From: Eledone cirrhosa
Lineage: Eukaryota
NCBI GenBank assembly: GCA_964016885.1
Contig: OZ024742.1
Span: 8,618,001 to 8,682,000, forward strand
Reading direction: 5' to 3'
Length of the DNA stretch: 64,000 nt
Shown here: in pieces, positions 25,659 to 37,159 of the stretch
Numbering within the stretch: the stretch's first letter is position 1
Layout of the letters: each line of letters begins with the position of its first letter
Notes under the pieces: model-generated
Seen by the model: the letters and a program-made list of their open reading frames with translations, nothing else
Told to the model about the DNA's origin: nothing
Database searches by the model: none
Made by a program: the position numbers and the translations under genes

Positions 25659-28600
25659 TTACAGATATATGCTCAGAGTAGGCCCATTCACTCGGGCCAT
25701 TCTTGCTTCTCTCACCCATCTTTCAACAAAATGCTGGGAAGAGAGCATTTCCCTCTCTACTCTGATTTTCCTTTTCAAATGAAATTTGAAAAAGTCAATC
25801 AGAGCATCACCGAAGAGGTAAGTGCTCGTCTTCAGCCCTTTCAAACGTGTCCACCATACTATCTCTTTCGCCATGGCCACCAGACAGATAAAAACTGCCT
25901 GCCCTTCCCGGCTAAAGGAGGAGGGCGGGGCAATCCTCACGATGGACTCAGATGATAGCCGGATCCGTCCTAAACGCGACAGCAGGTGTTCGACATAAAC
26001 CCACAAGTCACCAATTTTCGGACACTGGACGAGTGCGTGCAGGACGGTTTCGTCGCCCTGCGCGCATCTCGGACATGCCCGGCTGACGGCACCTCCATGC
26101 CTGTAGAGTTTATCCCGAACTGGCAAGGCTCCTGGGTAGCACTGCCAGGCCAGAGATTTCTGGAAGTTGTCCATAGGCCCTGGCCCGAAAGTTCTTCCGA
26201 AGAGATTGGCTAGTTGATTTTCGTCGACGCCTAGAGTTTCCCCAAGTACGTCGTCGCTCTTCCCCTCCACTAATCCTCTATAGAACGCCGAGGTGGAGTT
26301 TCCACCGATCACATTGCCCGATTGGTCGAGGGCTGTGAGCGCCTGAAGACATTCCAGTCTCCAGGCGCTCCCTCTCGGTCTTCGCTTGACCCAGGACTGC
26401 AGCTCCGTCAAGGAAACGAGCTGGGGAAATACGTGTCTAGCAAACGGCGACCACATCTGATCACCGTCGAGGAAGAGGTGGAGATGTCGTAGCCTGAGCG
26501 CGTGCCTGCGCATCATCAGCCACGGCATGCCCAGCCCTCCACGTAGCGGGTGTTGACAACAGATGGACCGCCTGACCATCGGAGCACGTCCCTTCCACAA
26601 AAAGCGAAAGAGCAAACGCTCCAGCGCAGTCAGGCGAGGCTTAGGACAAGGTACGACGGTCAGGCGGTAGCAGATGACAGACGCGATGTACGCGTTAGTC
26701 ACCTCCGCTCGACCTTTCAGGGATAGCTTCCTCTCCGCCCATTTCTGGGTGAGAGAAGCCACCCTGCTCGTCACCTCGTCCCAGTTTTTGTCCGTCTGGA
26801 GGTCCGGACCGAACCAGACCCCTAGCAATTTAACCGGTCCGTCCGTCCAGCGTCCGACGACGCTGTTGGACGGCATGGACCTGCCTCTCCAGGTGCCGAG
26901 CTGCAGGCCCACTGACTTTTCCTGGTTGATCATTGCTCCTGTCACCGCTTCGTATTCTCTTAGTGTAGTGCCGATCGCCTCGATGTGTTTGGCGTTCGAC
27001 ACCACTACGGTGACATCGTCCGCATATGCTGACACGGATCTTCCGCATCCTAGTTCGCGCGGGACTCCCCTCAACGTCTCCAGTTTGTGCAGTAATGGCT
27101 CGAGAGTCAATACGTACAAGAGGGACGAGAGGGGACATCCTTGGCGGACCGAGCGCATGATGTTGAACGGTTTCGACAGGTGACCGTTCACTCTCACCAC
27201 AGAGCAGATGTCGCTGTGCACGGCCGCGATCCAGCCTCTGAAGACGGGCCCAAAGCCAGCCGCCCTCAGGACTGCCTCTAGGTAACGATGGTCGACCCTA
27301 TCGAAAGCTTTCGACTGATCTAAATTGATCAAGGACCCACCCGTGCCAGGTTCCTTAGCTACCCTCTCTATGATGTATCGCATGAGGTGGAGGTTGTCGT
27401 GGATGGATCTGTCGGGAATGGCTCATGTCTGCGCCTCTCCCACCAGACCACCAACGACAAGCGCCAACCTCTTTGCTAGCACCTTGGCCAAAATCTTGAA
27501 CTCTGTGTTTAGCAGAGTTATGGGCCGGAAATTATCTATGTTATCCCCCTTGTTCGGATCCTTTCTCAGCAGTGCCACCGCTCCTCGGCTCACAGAACTG
27601 GGAATTCTCCCGTTCTGTTGCCAGTTGCAGTAGACGTCCGCCAAGAGGCCTCCGAACAAGTCTGGCATCTGTACGTAAAGTTCATAGGGCAGACGATCCA
27701 AACCAGGCGATTTACCCCTTGTGCAGCCAGTCATTGCCTCCCTTACTTCAGCGGCTGTTATCGGCTTTTCGCAACACTTCGCCTCAGTGGCCGAGAGCCG
27801 CGGCAGTCCGTCGAGGTAGACACTAAAGTCCATCCCTCTACCCGGCCCACCGCTGCCCCCGAACAGCTGAGCGAAGTGTCGCTTAAAAGCTTCACACATT
27901 TGCCCGGGATCGAGTAGCATGCGCCCGCCGTGGTCCACCAAAGACCGGATCGTGGGTTTGTTGCCACGACGCGCCTCCGCCACTCGGGCCCATTGAACGG
28001 CTTTCGTCCCCTCGTGTCTGAGAGCACGCACCCTTGCTCTGACAACGCAGCCTTCGTGCTTTGCATTGAAGAATTGGTCAAGGGCCAATTTCGCCGCAAG
28101 CACGTCGGTCGCAATGCCTTTGCTAAGCGCCTCGTCTAATTTTCTAACTAGTTCTCCCTCTGCTCTATTTTTCTCTATTGCTAAAGTCTTACTAAACCTA
28201 ATCGATTCTATTCTAATCGCTCTTTTCAGAGCAAACCACCACTTGTTGTTGACGATGGCCCCTGTCAACGCCCGCTTAACTAGTTCGCTAATCCGGTCTC
28301 TGTAGGCCTTGCGCGCTGGTAAGGACGCGTTTAGCTTCCAGTAGCCGGGTCCTCGTCTATGAAGCCTATCTAAGTCAAGCACACAGATCACGAATTTGTG
28401 GTCCGTGTAGCTGACTATCTTGAATTGTGGACAGCCTATGCTAGACCTATCTATTTCCCTACAAAATACTCTATCTAGATATGATCTGGATGACCCTATG
28501 CGATTTGTCCAAGTCCACATTGGCACATTCGGGAAATCCAATCGGTACCTGTCAGACAGTTCAAAAGGCCTGAGCAGGTTGGTGAGGCTCTTGCACCCTC

Positions 28601-29078
28601 CACCCCTATCCGCTAATCCCACACAGTCCCAGCGTGCATCTAAGATCCCGTTCCAGTCGCCCACTAACACTAAAAAGCGGGACGTTCCAAGAAAGGTCTC
28701 CAGACGCCGGAAGAAATCAGGCCGCCCTGCTCCTGTCGGGGCATAGGCGGCCACTAGCCTGAAAGCTTGCCCATCTCCGCTGGTCACGTCCAGCACCACC
28801 AGCTTACCCTCTGGGTCCAGGAAGATGGCCCGTAAGGCGAGATCCAAACCTCTCCGAAAAAGCACAGCAACTCCTCCACCCGATCCAGGACGGCTGGGAG
28901 ATGCGTACACATCGTAGCCGCCGAAGATCGGTGCGAAGGCCCGTGCTTTGGAGATTCTGGTCTCGCTGATGGCCACTACATCTATGTTTAGTGACCTGAG
29001 GTCGTTGAGCAGGTGACCCTGCTTCCATGACGACCCCAAGCCACGCGCATTTATGCTGCCTATTCTGAGTGAGGTCAT
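25659..29078 (-). pseudogene. Tx1 copy D ORF2 (APE + RT + Cys-rich), single premature TGA
   Basis: 27423-29078 and 25659-27383 are in the same frame; TGA at 27423-27425 replaces the Cys of AQTCAIP. GDWNG, TDHK, YADD and CPRC..H...C are intact. Confidence 0.95.
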
Positions 29079-29113
29079 GTTTAAAATAGAGTGGAAAAGA
29101 TGGGAAAGACCAC

Positions 29114-31201
29114 TTACCGTACTTTTCGTAGAGGAGGGATGGTTTTTACATCCCTTTTCACTTGATCGTCTGGTGAAGGGACCGTTGAATCGTCCCTTCG
29201 GCTGGTCGTCGGCTCTTCTAAGAGAATGTCTGAATATACTCTTCGATTGATGGTTCCTCCTAGGTCCCTGAAATCACCAACTGCGTTGGGGAATTTCGTT
29301 TTAATGTTTGTGTATTGTTTCTGTGCTATTTTTAGCAGTCTTATGTTAGTTGGCGTTTTGATTGGTGCTGGTATTATGTAGTCCTGTTGTGAAATGTCTG
29401 TGTGCTCAATTATGTAAGTCATTAGTTTCTTGTTGTGTGTATTTATTGCCGTGCATTTGTTTTTCTGGGGGTGGGGTGTGGTTCTGCTATTTTCTTGTCG
29501 TTGTTGCTGGGTGTGTGTGTTTTGTTGTTGTGTTTGCGATGTTGGTGCTTGTGGTGGTGGTGTTGAAGGTGTTGTTGGCGGTGGGGTTGTCGCCGGTGGT
29601 GATGGTGGTGCTAGTGTGGGTGGTGATGGTGTTGGTGGTGTTGCTGCTGTGGGTCTCTTTGCAGTAGACTTTACCCTTTTCTCATTTCTTTCCTCCCTTT
29701 TCAAAGGCGACGATGCGCTGCTTCTGCGTTTGTGCCTTCTTACGGCCTTTTGCCATCCCTCTCCCACCTCACACTCCATGTCTGATTCTGTGAGGTCGGG
29801 GAGGGGTACCAGCTCCACTCTTTCACTTGTTGTTGTTGGTGATGTTTGCACTGGAGTCTCTGTTGCAGCTGCATTTGGTATTGCTGTTGTTGTTGTTAAT
29901 ATTTCCACTGCTGCTGCTGTTTTTGATTTCCGTGGCGTGGGTATGGGTGCCACGGACCTATCGTTCCTGGTTGCCGCTTGTCCTGTTGCTGGTAGCCGTG
30001 GAGCCGGATTCGGAAGGAGGGGGGTTTTCTCCTTTCTCAGGGTCTTCTCGTTGCAGAAGGCCCTGAGGTGAGTCTTCGATCCACAGCGAAAGCATTTCGG
30101 GCGTTTGCCCTCAACACTTATGGGCAGTTGAGTGCCGTTATCGAAGTCTATCACATCCGGGATAGCTTCGATGCACTCCTGGTTGGTTTGGATTAGCATC
30201 TCAATGGAGGTGCCGACCCAATCTTCTCTTACTTTTTTCTGTACTTGCAGTACAGTTCTTTTGTCCTCGATTCCGACGAGGACAGACGCGGCCAGCCAAG
30301 AAGGGGCCATTCCGGGGGGGACGTGGGTCAGTTTGACCCTCACAATTTTTTGCCCGCAGTAGGAGGGCACAAACACCATTTCCTCGCGCCTTAGGGTCAC
30401 TACAGATCGGGCCTTTGCCTCCTGGGGTGTGGCAAAAAGTACGTCTACGGTGGCATATTTTTTGCCTCGGGTGATGTGCGTTTTCCGCTGCCACACAGAC
30501 CCCAAGGCTTTTTGTATTTGGGCCTCTGTGGCTCTTTCCACCCTACGGGATTTTGTACTTACTGTACGGTACGTGACCGTACAGTGCTGTTGGGTTTCGA
30601 AAAATGTTTCCGCTGCCTTGCAGATTGCTCGGTGTCCATTCTTTGTCACCATCTTCTTCGCTTCCTCTAATTCCTCATTTGTTATGAGGATTGTTTCCAA
30701 GTTTTTCGCAATACCTGCAAATGAGATTGGTTTTTCTTTGCTGCTGTTGTTGTCGTCAGAGCTTTTGTTGTTGCTGCAGGTACTACGACTACTGCCTTCG
30801 CCGCTGTTGCTGTGGTTGTTGTTGGTGTTGCTGCTGCTAATGCTGTTGTTGTTTATGCTGCTGGTGATGCTGTTGCGGCTGCTACTGTTGTTTTCATTGT
30901 CACTGTTGCTGTTGTTATTACGGCTGCTACTGCTATTATTCCTGACGTCAGACGAATGAACTGGGTTTTCGTATTTCCCGCACACCTGTTTCGTCGCTGT
31001 CGTCGTCGTCGTGGAGAAACCTTGCACGCTTTGCACGAGACTTTTCTTTTCTTTCGTCGCTTGCGAAAGAGAAGGGAGGGAGAGAGACACATTTAAAGAA
31101 GGGAGGGAGAGAGACAATCTTCTCTCTGCTGTAGTGATGATTGAGGAAGTAGAAGACGGAATGAGTGGGAGTGACCTATGCAAATTCTTTTTCGCAGCCA
31201 T
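29114..31201 (-). CDS. Tx1 copy D ORF1, CCHC zinc-knuckle protein
   Basis: Uninterrupted frame; first ATG (MAAKKN) at 31201; knuckle CFRCGSKTHLRAFC. Confidence 0.9.
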   Translation of the reverse strand: MAAKKNLHRSLPLIPSSTSSIITTAERRLSLSLPSLNVSLSLPSLSQATKEKKSLVQSVQGFSTTTTTATKQVCGKYENPVHSSDVRNNSSSSRNNNSNSDNENNSSSRNSITSSINNNSISSSNTNNNHSNSGEGSSRSTCSNNKSSDDNNSSKEKPISFAGIAKNLETILITNEELEEAKKMVTKNGHRAICKAAETFFETQQHCTVTYRTVSTKSRRVERATEAQIQKALGSVWQRKTHITRGKKYATVDVLFATPQEAKARSVVTLRREEMVFVPSYCGQKIVRVKLTHVPPGMAPSWLAASVLVGIEDKRTVLQVQKKVREDWVGTSIEMLIQTNQECIEAIPDVIDFDNGTQLPISVEGKRPKCFRCGSKTHLRAFCNEKTLRKEKTPLLPNPAPRLPATGQAATRNDRSVAPIPTPRKSKTAAAVEILTTTTAIPNAAATETPVQTSPTTTSERVELVPLPDLTESDMECEVGEGWQKAVRRHKRRSSASSPLKREERNEKRVKSTAKRPTAATPPTPSPPTLAPPSPPATTPPPTTPSTPPPQAPTSQTQQQNTHTQQQRQENSRTTPHPQKNKCTAINTHNKKLMTYIIEHTDISQQDYIIPAPIKTPTNIRLLKIAQKQYTNIKTKFPNAVGDFRDLGGTINRRVYSDILLEEPTTSRRDDSTVPSPDDQVKRDVKTIPPLRKVR

Positions 31202-31417
31202 GTTGACTTTTTTGTTTAAAATAAATATTGGGTACAAAACCCCAATAAGCAGTTATTTAACCCCGAAGGGCCAAATAACGGGCAGAAAGACCCCTCTCAC
31301 GAGGAGGAGGGTGTTTTTGTCTACAAGTTGGTCTAAGTTTTAAACAATTTACAATTGTTAAAGCGTTCAAAATTTACAGTACCTTACAGAGTCGAGCCTC
31401 CGTCAACCATAGCATTC

Positions 31418-31452
<35 letters not shown>

Positions 31453-31727
31453 TTTCATTTATTAGCCACAAGGGCCGACATGTAGGGGACAATACAAAGA
31501 CAGGGACAGTGGGGGTTTACAATAAGGTCGAGTAAAAGTGCACAATGGCAAGACTAATTTAACAATGAAAATACAAAATATAAAATAAACTATGCAAAAT
31601 ATAACAAAATAAATTCCCCGATAGGGGGTGGACGACCCTGGGGTGATTCGGGTACCCCACCAATCCTGAACCACCCTGCGCTTCTAGGGCACCCAGGAGA
31701 GCACCCCTCTCCTCAATTTAGCTAGCC

Positions 31728-34700
31728 TATAGGCGCATGGTCAGAGTAGGCCCATTCACACGAGCCATTCTTGCCACATTCACCCACCTTTTAGCAAATG
31801 TACTGGGGGGGCAGCACTTCTCTCTCCACCCTCTCCCTCCTTTCCAGGTGAAACTTGAAGAAGTTGATGAGGGATTGGCCGAAGAGAAAAGTGTCTGTCT
31901 TTAGTCCTTTCAACCTGGTCCACCATATAATCTCTTTCGCAACTGCCACCAGACAGAGGAAAATGTCCTGCTCTTCCTGACCTAAGTAAGGTGGCGGCTC
32001 GATCTTCACTATGGACGCGGCCGATAACTGGATTCGTTCCACACGCGACAGTAGCTGTTCGACATAACTCCACAAGTCAGTAATGCACGGACATTGGACA
32101 AGTGCGTGCAGAACGGTTTCGTCGTTCTGTGCGCATCTTGGGCAGGTCCGTCTGACAGCACTTCCGTTCCTGTAGAGTTTATCCCGAACCGGCAATGCCC
32201 CCCGGTAGCACTGCCAAGCGAGGGATTTCTGGAAATTGTCCATCGTCCCCGGCTCAAAAGTCCTCCGGTACAGACTGGTCAGTTCGACTTCGTCGAGGCC
32301 CAAAGCTTCTCCGAGTGCGTCATCGCACTTGCCCACCACTAATCCTCTATAAAACTCGAGAGTGGAAGTTCCACTGATCGCATTGCCCGCTTGGTAGAGG
32401 GCAGTGAGTGCCTGGCAACATTCCAGGTGCCAGTCACCCAGTCTCGGTCTCTTCTTGACCCAGGACTGCAGCTCAGTCAAAGAAATGAGCTGCGGAAAGG
32501 CCCGTCTGATAAACGGCGACCACACCTGTTCACCATTGAGGCAGAATATCTGGAGATGTCGCAGCCTCAACGCATGTCTTCGCATCATTAGCCACGGCAT
32601 GCCCAGCCCTCCGTGTAGAGGGTGCTGGCAGCAGATGGACCGCCTCACCAACGGAACTTGTCCCCTCCACAAGAATTTGAAGAGGAGCCGTTCCAACTTG
32701 ACGAGGCGCGGACGGGGGCAAGGCACGACGGTTAGGCGGTAATAGATGACGGACGCGATATACGCATTCGCCACCTCCGCGCGACCTTTCAGTGATAGCT
32801 TCCTCCCAGCCCATTTTTGGGTGAGACTGGCTACTCTGCTCGTTACCTCGTCCCAATTCTTTTCTACCTGGAGGTCTGGTCCAAACCAAACCCCGAGCAA
32901 CTTTACTGGTCCGTCCGTCCAGCGCCCCACGACGCTGTTGGACGGCATGGGCTTGCCTCTCCAGGTTCCGAGCTGCAAGCCCACCGACTTTTCCGGGTTA
33001 AGTTTGGCTCCTGTCAACCTTTCATATTCTTTCAATAAGGTGCCGACCACCTCGATTTCTGAGGTGTTCGATACCATCACGGTGATGTCGTCCGCATAAG
33101 CCGACACCGCCTTTCCACGTCCCGGTTCGAGCGGGATGCCCTGAAACAGCTCCAGCTTCCGCAGTAAAGGCTCGAGAATCAATACGTACAGAAGGGAAGA
33201 GAGAGGGCACCCTTGACGGACCGATCGGGAGAGCCGAAATGGTTCCGAGAGGTGGCCATTAACTTTGACCACCGAGCGTGTGCCGCTGTGCATTGCAGTG
33301 ATCCAGCTTCTAAAGACAGGGCTGAAGCCAGCTGCTTTGAGGACAAACTCCAGATACCGATGGTCGACCCTATCGAATGCTTTCGATTGATCTAAATTGA
33401 TCAGTGCCCCACCGAAGCCAGGTTTACACCCTACCCTCTCTATGATGTATCGCATGAGGTGGAGATTGTCGTGTATGGACCTGGCTGGGATTGCGCAAGT
33501 TTGCGCCTCCCCAACCAAATCCTCGACGACAAGCGCCAATCTCTTTGCTAACACCTTGGCCAAAATCTTAAACTGTGTGTTGAGCAGAGTTATGGGCCTG
33601 AAGTTGTCTAATGTATCCCTCTTGTTCTCGTCTTTCCTTATCAGCGTCACCACTCCCCTGCTCACAGAACTGGGAATACTCCCATTCTACTTCCAGTTGC
33701 AGTAGAGTGCTTCGAGGAGTTCGGAGAACAAGTCTGGCATATTTACGTAAAGCTCGTAGGGCAGGCCATCCAAGCCTGGTGACTTGCGCCTCATGCAGCC
33801 GACAAGGGCGTCCTGAATTTCGGCTGAAGTAATCGGCCTTTCGCAGCGCTCAGCGTCGACCGTCGAGATGCGCGGCAAGCCGTCAAGATAGGGACTGAAA
33901 TCCGCTACTCTCTCTGACCCGCCACTCTCCCCGAACAACCGAGCAAAGTGCTGGCGAAAGGCCTCACACATCCGCTTGGAATCGCTTATCTCGTGTCCGT
34001 CTCGGTCCGTCAAAGACCGAATTGTGGTTTTATTACCACGCTGCGCCTCCGCCACGCGGGCCCATCGAACAGCTTTAGTTCCCTCGTTTCTCAGCGCACG
34101 CGCCTTAGCTCTAACAATGCAACCTTCGTGTTTGGCATTGAAGAAATGGTCTAATGCCATTCTCGCCGCTAGCACGTCAGTTGCGATGCCACTACAAATA
34201 GCCTCGTCTAACTTATCTACCAGCTCCCCCTCCTTTCTATTTTTCTCTAACGCTAGTTCTTTGCTGAACTCTATCGAAGTTACTCTAATCTCTCTTTTGA
34301 GAGCCCCCCACCATCTGTTGTTGATGATCCCCCCTATCAACTTTTGCTTAACTAACTTATTGACTCGGTCCCTGTAAGCCTTACGTGCCGGAAATGACAT
34401 GTTCAGCTTCCAGTAACCCGGTCCTAACCTACGCGTTTTATTTAGGTCGACCGTACAGATCACAAATTTGTGATCTGAATAGGCGACCGTTTTAAAAAGT
34501 GGACAGCCCACACTATTTCTATCTATTTTCCTAATGAAGATTCTGTCTATATACGATCTAGATGACCCCATTCGGTTGGTCCATGTCCATACTGGCACAA
34601 TTGGGGAAATCTAGTCGATACCTGTCTGACAGTTGGAACTGGCTGAGTAGGTGCTTGAGGCTTTTGCACCCCCCCCCCCGCTCCTATCGGCTACTCCCAC

Positions 34701-35155
34701 ACAATCGCAGCGTGCGTCTAAGATGCCATTCCAGTCCCCGGCTAACAGTAAAGGGCGAGACGTACCCAGAAAGGTCTCCAGGCGCCTAAAGAAGTCAGGT
34801 CGTCCGGCCCCTGTAGGGGCGTAGGCGGCCAGCAGTCTAAAGGCACCACCTTCGCTACTGCTCACATCCAAGACCACCAACTTACCGTCCGGGTCCCGGA
34901 AGATCGACCTTACCTCGAGATCCAGTCCTTTCCTAAACAGCATTGCCACCCTACCCCCATTCCCGGCCTGCTAACAGATGCGAAGATCTGATAGTCGTCG
35001 AAAATGGGGGCTAGTGCACGCGTGTCAGAAATTCTGGTCTCGCTTACGGCAATCACATCCATTTCCAGCGACCGGAGGTCGTTGAGCAGGCGACACTGCT
35101 TCCAGGGTGACCCCAGGCCGCGAACATTTAAACTTCCTACTCTTAATATGGCCAT
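31728..35155 (-). pseudogene. Tx1 copy E ORF2, disrupted
   Basis: MAILRVGSLNVRGLG start; GDWNG, SDHK, YADD. Frameshifts at ~34950, ~34670, ~34600 and ~31805; TAG at 33687. Confidence 0.93.
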
Positions 35156-35164
35156 ATTGGTAAG

Positions 35165-36421
35165 CTAAGAGAGAGAGAGGGAAGGTTTACTTACCTCCCG
35201 GGTCTTGTGAAGGTCGGGTGGTTCGACCTCCATGGTTGGTGGGGTTTCTTTTGGGAACCCCTTTAAAAGTCTTGATGTGGGTTTCACATTCTGGTTTCCC
35301 ACGTCTTGAGGAAAGCTCTCTCGAATTTCTTTGAAAGAATTGAGTGACATTCGGACCAGAAGCAAATCTTCTGGCACGCAAAATGTGCTCATTTCAAAAA
35401 TCTCCCCCTCTGTTTGAATGTCCTCGCTTCGCGCTAAGAGGGCCATCAGTTTATCGTTGGCCCTTCTGACAAGCACGAAGTTTTTAACATTTTGTTGGTG
35501 TGGTTTTATTTGTTTTCGTTTTGGTGAAGGTGGTGGCGATGGTTTTGGTGGTGTTGTTTCGGGTATGTCTATGTTTGTTGTAGGTGTGGTGTCTGCAATT
35601 TCAGGTATTTGTGTGTTTATTTGTACTTGTGTTTGTTTAGGTTGTTTGCGTTTCGGGGATTGTGGAGGTGGTGTCGATGTTGCTGATGGTGCTGATGTTA
35701 TTGGGGAAGTGTCTGCGTTAGTGGTGTCTGTATTTTTTGTTGTGTGCGTTTTTGTGTTTTGTAGGGGCTTTTTTTTTTTGTGTGAGTTTTCTCTCTTTTT
35801 TTGCACTTTTAGGTTTTCCTTCATCTTCGCTGCTGGAAGACAAAGGGTCTGTGTCTGTGAGTGTCTCTGTGTCTGTGTGTGCGTTTATTTTTTTTTGTCT
35901 ATGTATATAGTTGGGGGGGGGGGGGGGGGGTAGGGGGAGTAGGAGAGCTTTCCTCGTGTTCTCCTTCGATTGGTTTTGGTGTTGGTGGTGATCCGGCTGC
36001 TTTTGATGTTGGTGTCCGTGTTTTTGTTGATGTTGTTTTTGGTGGTGGTGGTGGTGCAGCTTTCCGTGCTGACACTGGCGTTGGCAACAAAGGAGGTTTG
36101 CGACCCCCTGCATTTTTGCGCTGAGGGCAGAAGGCTTGAAGATGCGTGGCTTCCCCGCAAACGAAGCAGCGTGGCCTTCTTCCGTCAATCATTAGTTGGA
36201 TTGTTGTCCCGTCCTGTAGGCGGGCAAAATCTGGGATGTTATTTATATCCTCCGGTTTCATTTGGAGAAGAATCTCCAAATCCATTCCGGACCAGTCTTC
36301 TCTCTCTGTCCTTTTGATGTCCAGGAGGGTGGTGTCTGTCCCCTCCTCGATTACGCATCCCAGCAGCCACCATATGTTCATTCCTGGTGGGATGCTGGGA
36401 ATGCGTACCTTCACTGTCCTT
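35165..36421 (-). pseudogene. Tx1 copy E ORF1 3' part
   Basis: IPPGMNIWWLL...GRRPRCFVCG is homologous to the other ORF1s; frameshift in the G-run at ~35913-35930. Confidence 0.85.
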
Positions 36422-36459
<38 letters not shown>

Positions 36460-36470
36460 TATTATTATTA

Positions 36471-36968
36471 TTCTGAGAAATGGTATGAGCATAGGCCAGA
36501 GGCGGTGATGGAGAACAATCAGGTGAAGGTGCTGTGGGATTTTAGGATACAGACGGACAAAAAACTGGAACACAATAGACCTGACCTGGTGGTTGTGGAC
36601 AAAGAAAAAAGATCGTGTCTGATTGTGGATGTGGCCTGCCCGTTCGACACGAGAGTGCAAGAGAAGGAGAGGGAGAAAATTAACCGATACCAGGACCTAA
36701 AGTGGGAGGTGAAAAGGATTTGGAACTGCCATGAAGTCAAAGTGATCCCGATTGTCATAGGCGCACTGGGGACTATCTCCAAAAGTTTCCAGGGATGGTT
36801 AAAGAAGATCGGCCACTCCACGCTTTTTGGAACGCTTCAAAAGGCATGCTTGCTTGGAACAGCAAGAACCCTCCGATACGTCCTGAATATCTGAGGCTGC
36901 AGGTAGTGGCTTGATATTCAATCCAACGGACTTTCCAGTTAACCAACATCAATGACTGAGATTCAAGG
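36471..36968 (+). mobile_element. Dong/R4 3' fragment (~500 bp)
   Basis: Nearly identical to 24890-25387; (AAT)n tail. Confidence 0.95.
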
Positions 36969-36977
36969 AATAACAAC

Positions 36978-37027
<50 letters not shown>

Positions 37028-37159
37028 GAAGAAGATGGAGAAGAAGAAGTAGAAAAAGAAGATAAGTTACTACTGTTGGTGATAGTGATGGTGATGTTGA
37101 TGGACATGAAAACGTTTTGGGGTTTGAAAGAAACATTTAAAGCAATAGGGAGGAGGTTT

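Larger units (their letters stand above)
25412..31418 (-). mobile_element. Tx1 copy D, full-length (~6.0 kb), near-intact, in (AAT)n
   Basis: (AAT)n on both sides; AATAAA at 25418-25423 (-); intact ORF1; ORF2 with one stop. Confidence 0.96.
31451..36421 (-). mobile_element. Tx1 copy E, 5'-truncated within ORF1, in (AAT)n
   Basis: AATAAA at 31458-31463 (-) plus ATT tail; knuckle CFVCGEATHLQAFC; abuts (AAT)n at 36423. Confidence 0.94.

Noticed and set aside
27423-27425. Programmed read-through or selenocysteine at the TGA replacing Cys
   Set aside because: Copies C and E have TGC at this position; a point mutation or base-call error is simpler.
35899-36894. ORFs 35899-36660(-) and 36262-36894(+) that look like novel fusion proteins
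   Set aside because: Chance read-through across (AAT)n joining Tx1 ORF1 and the Dong fragment sense to antisense.
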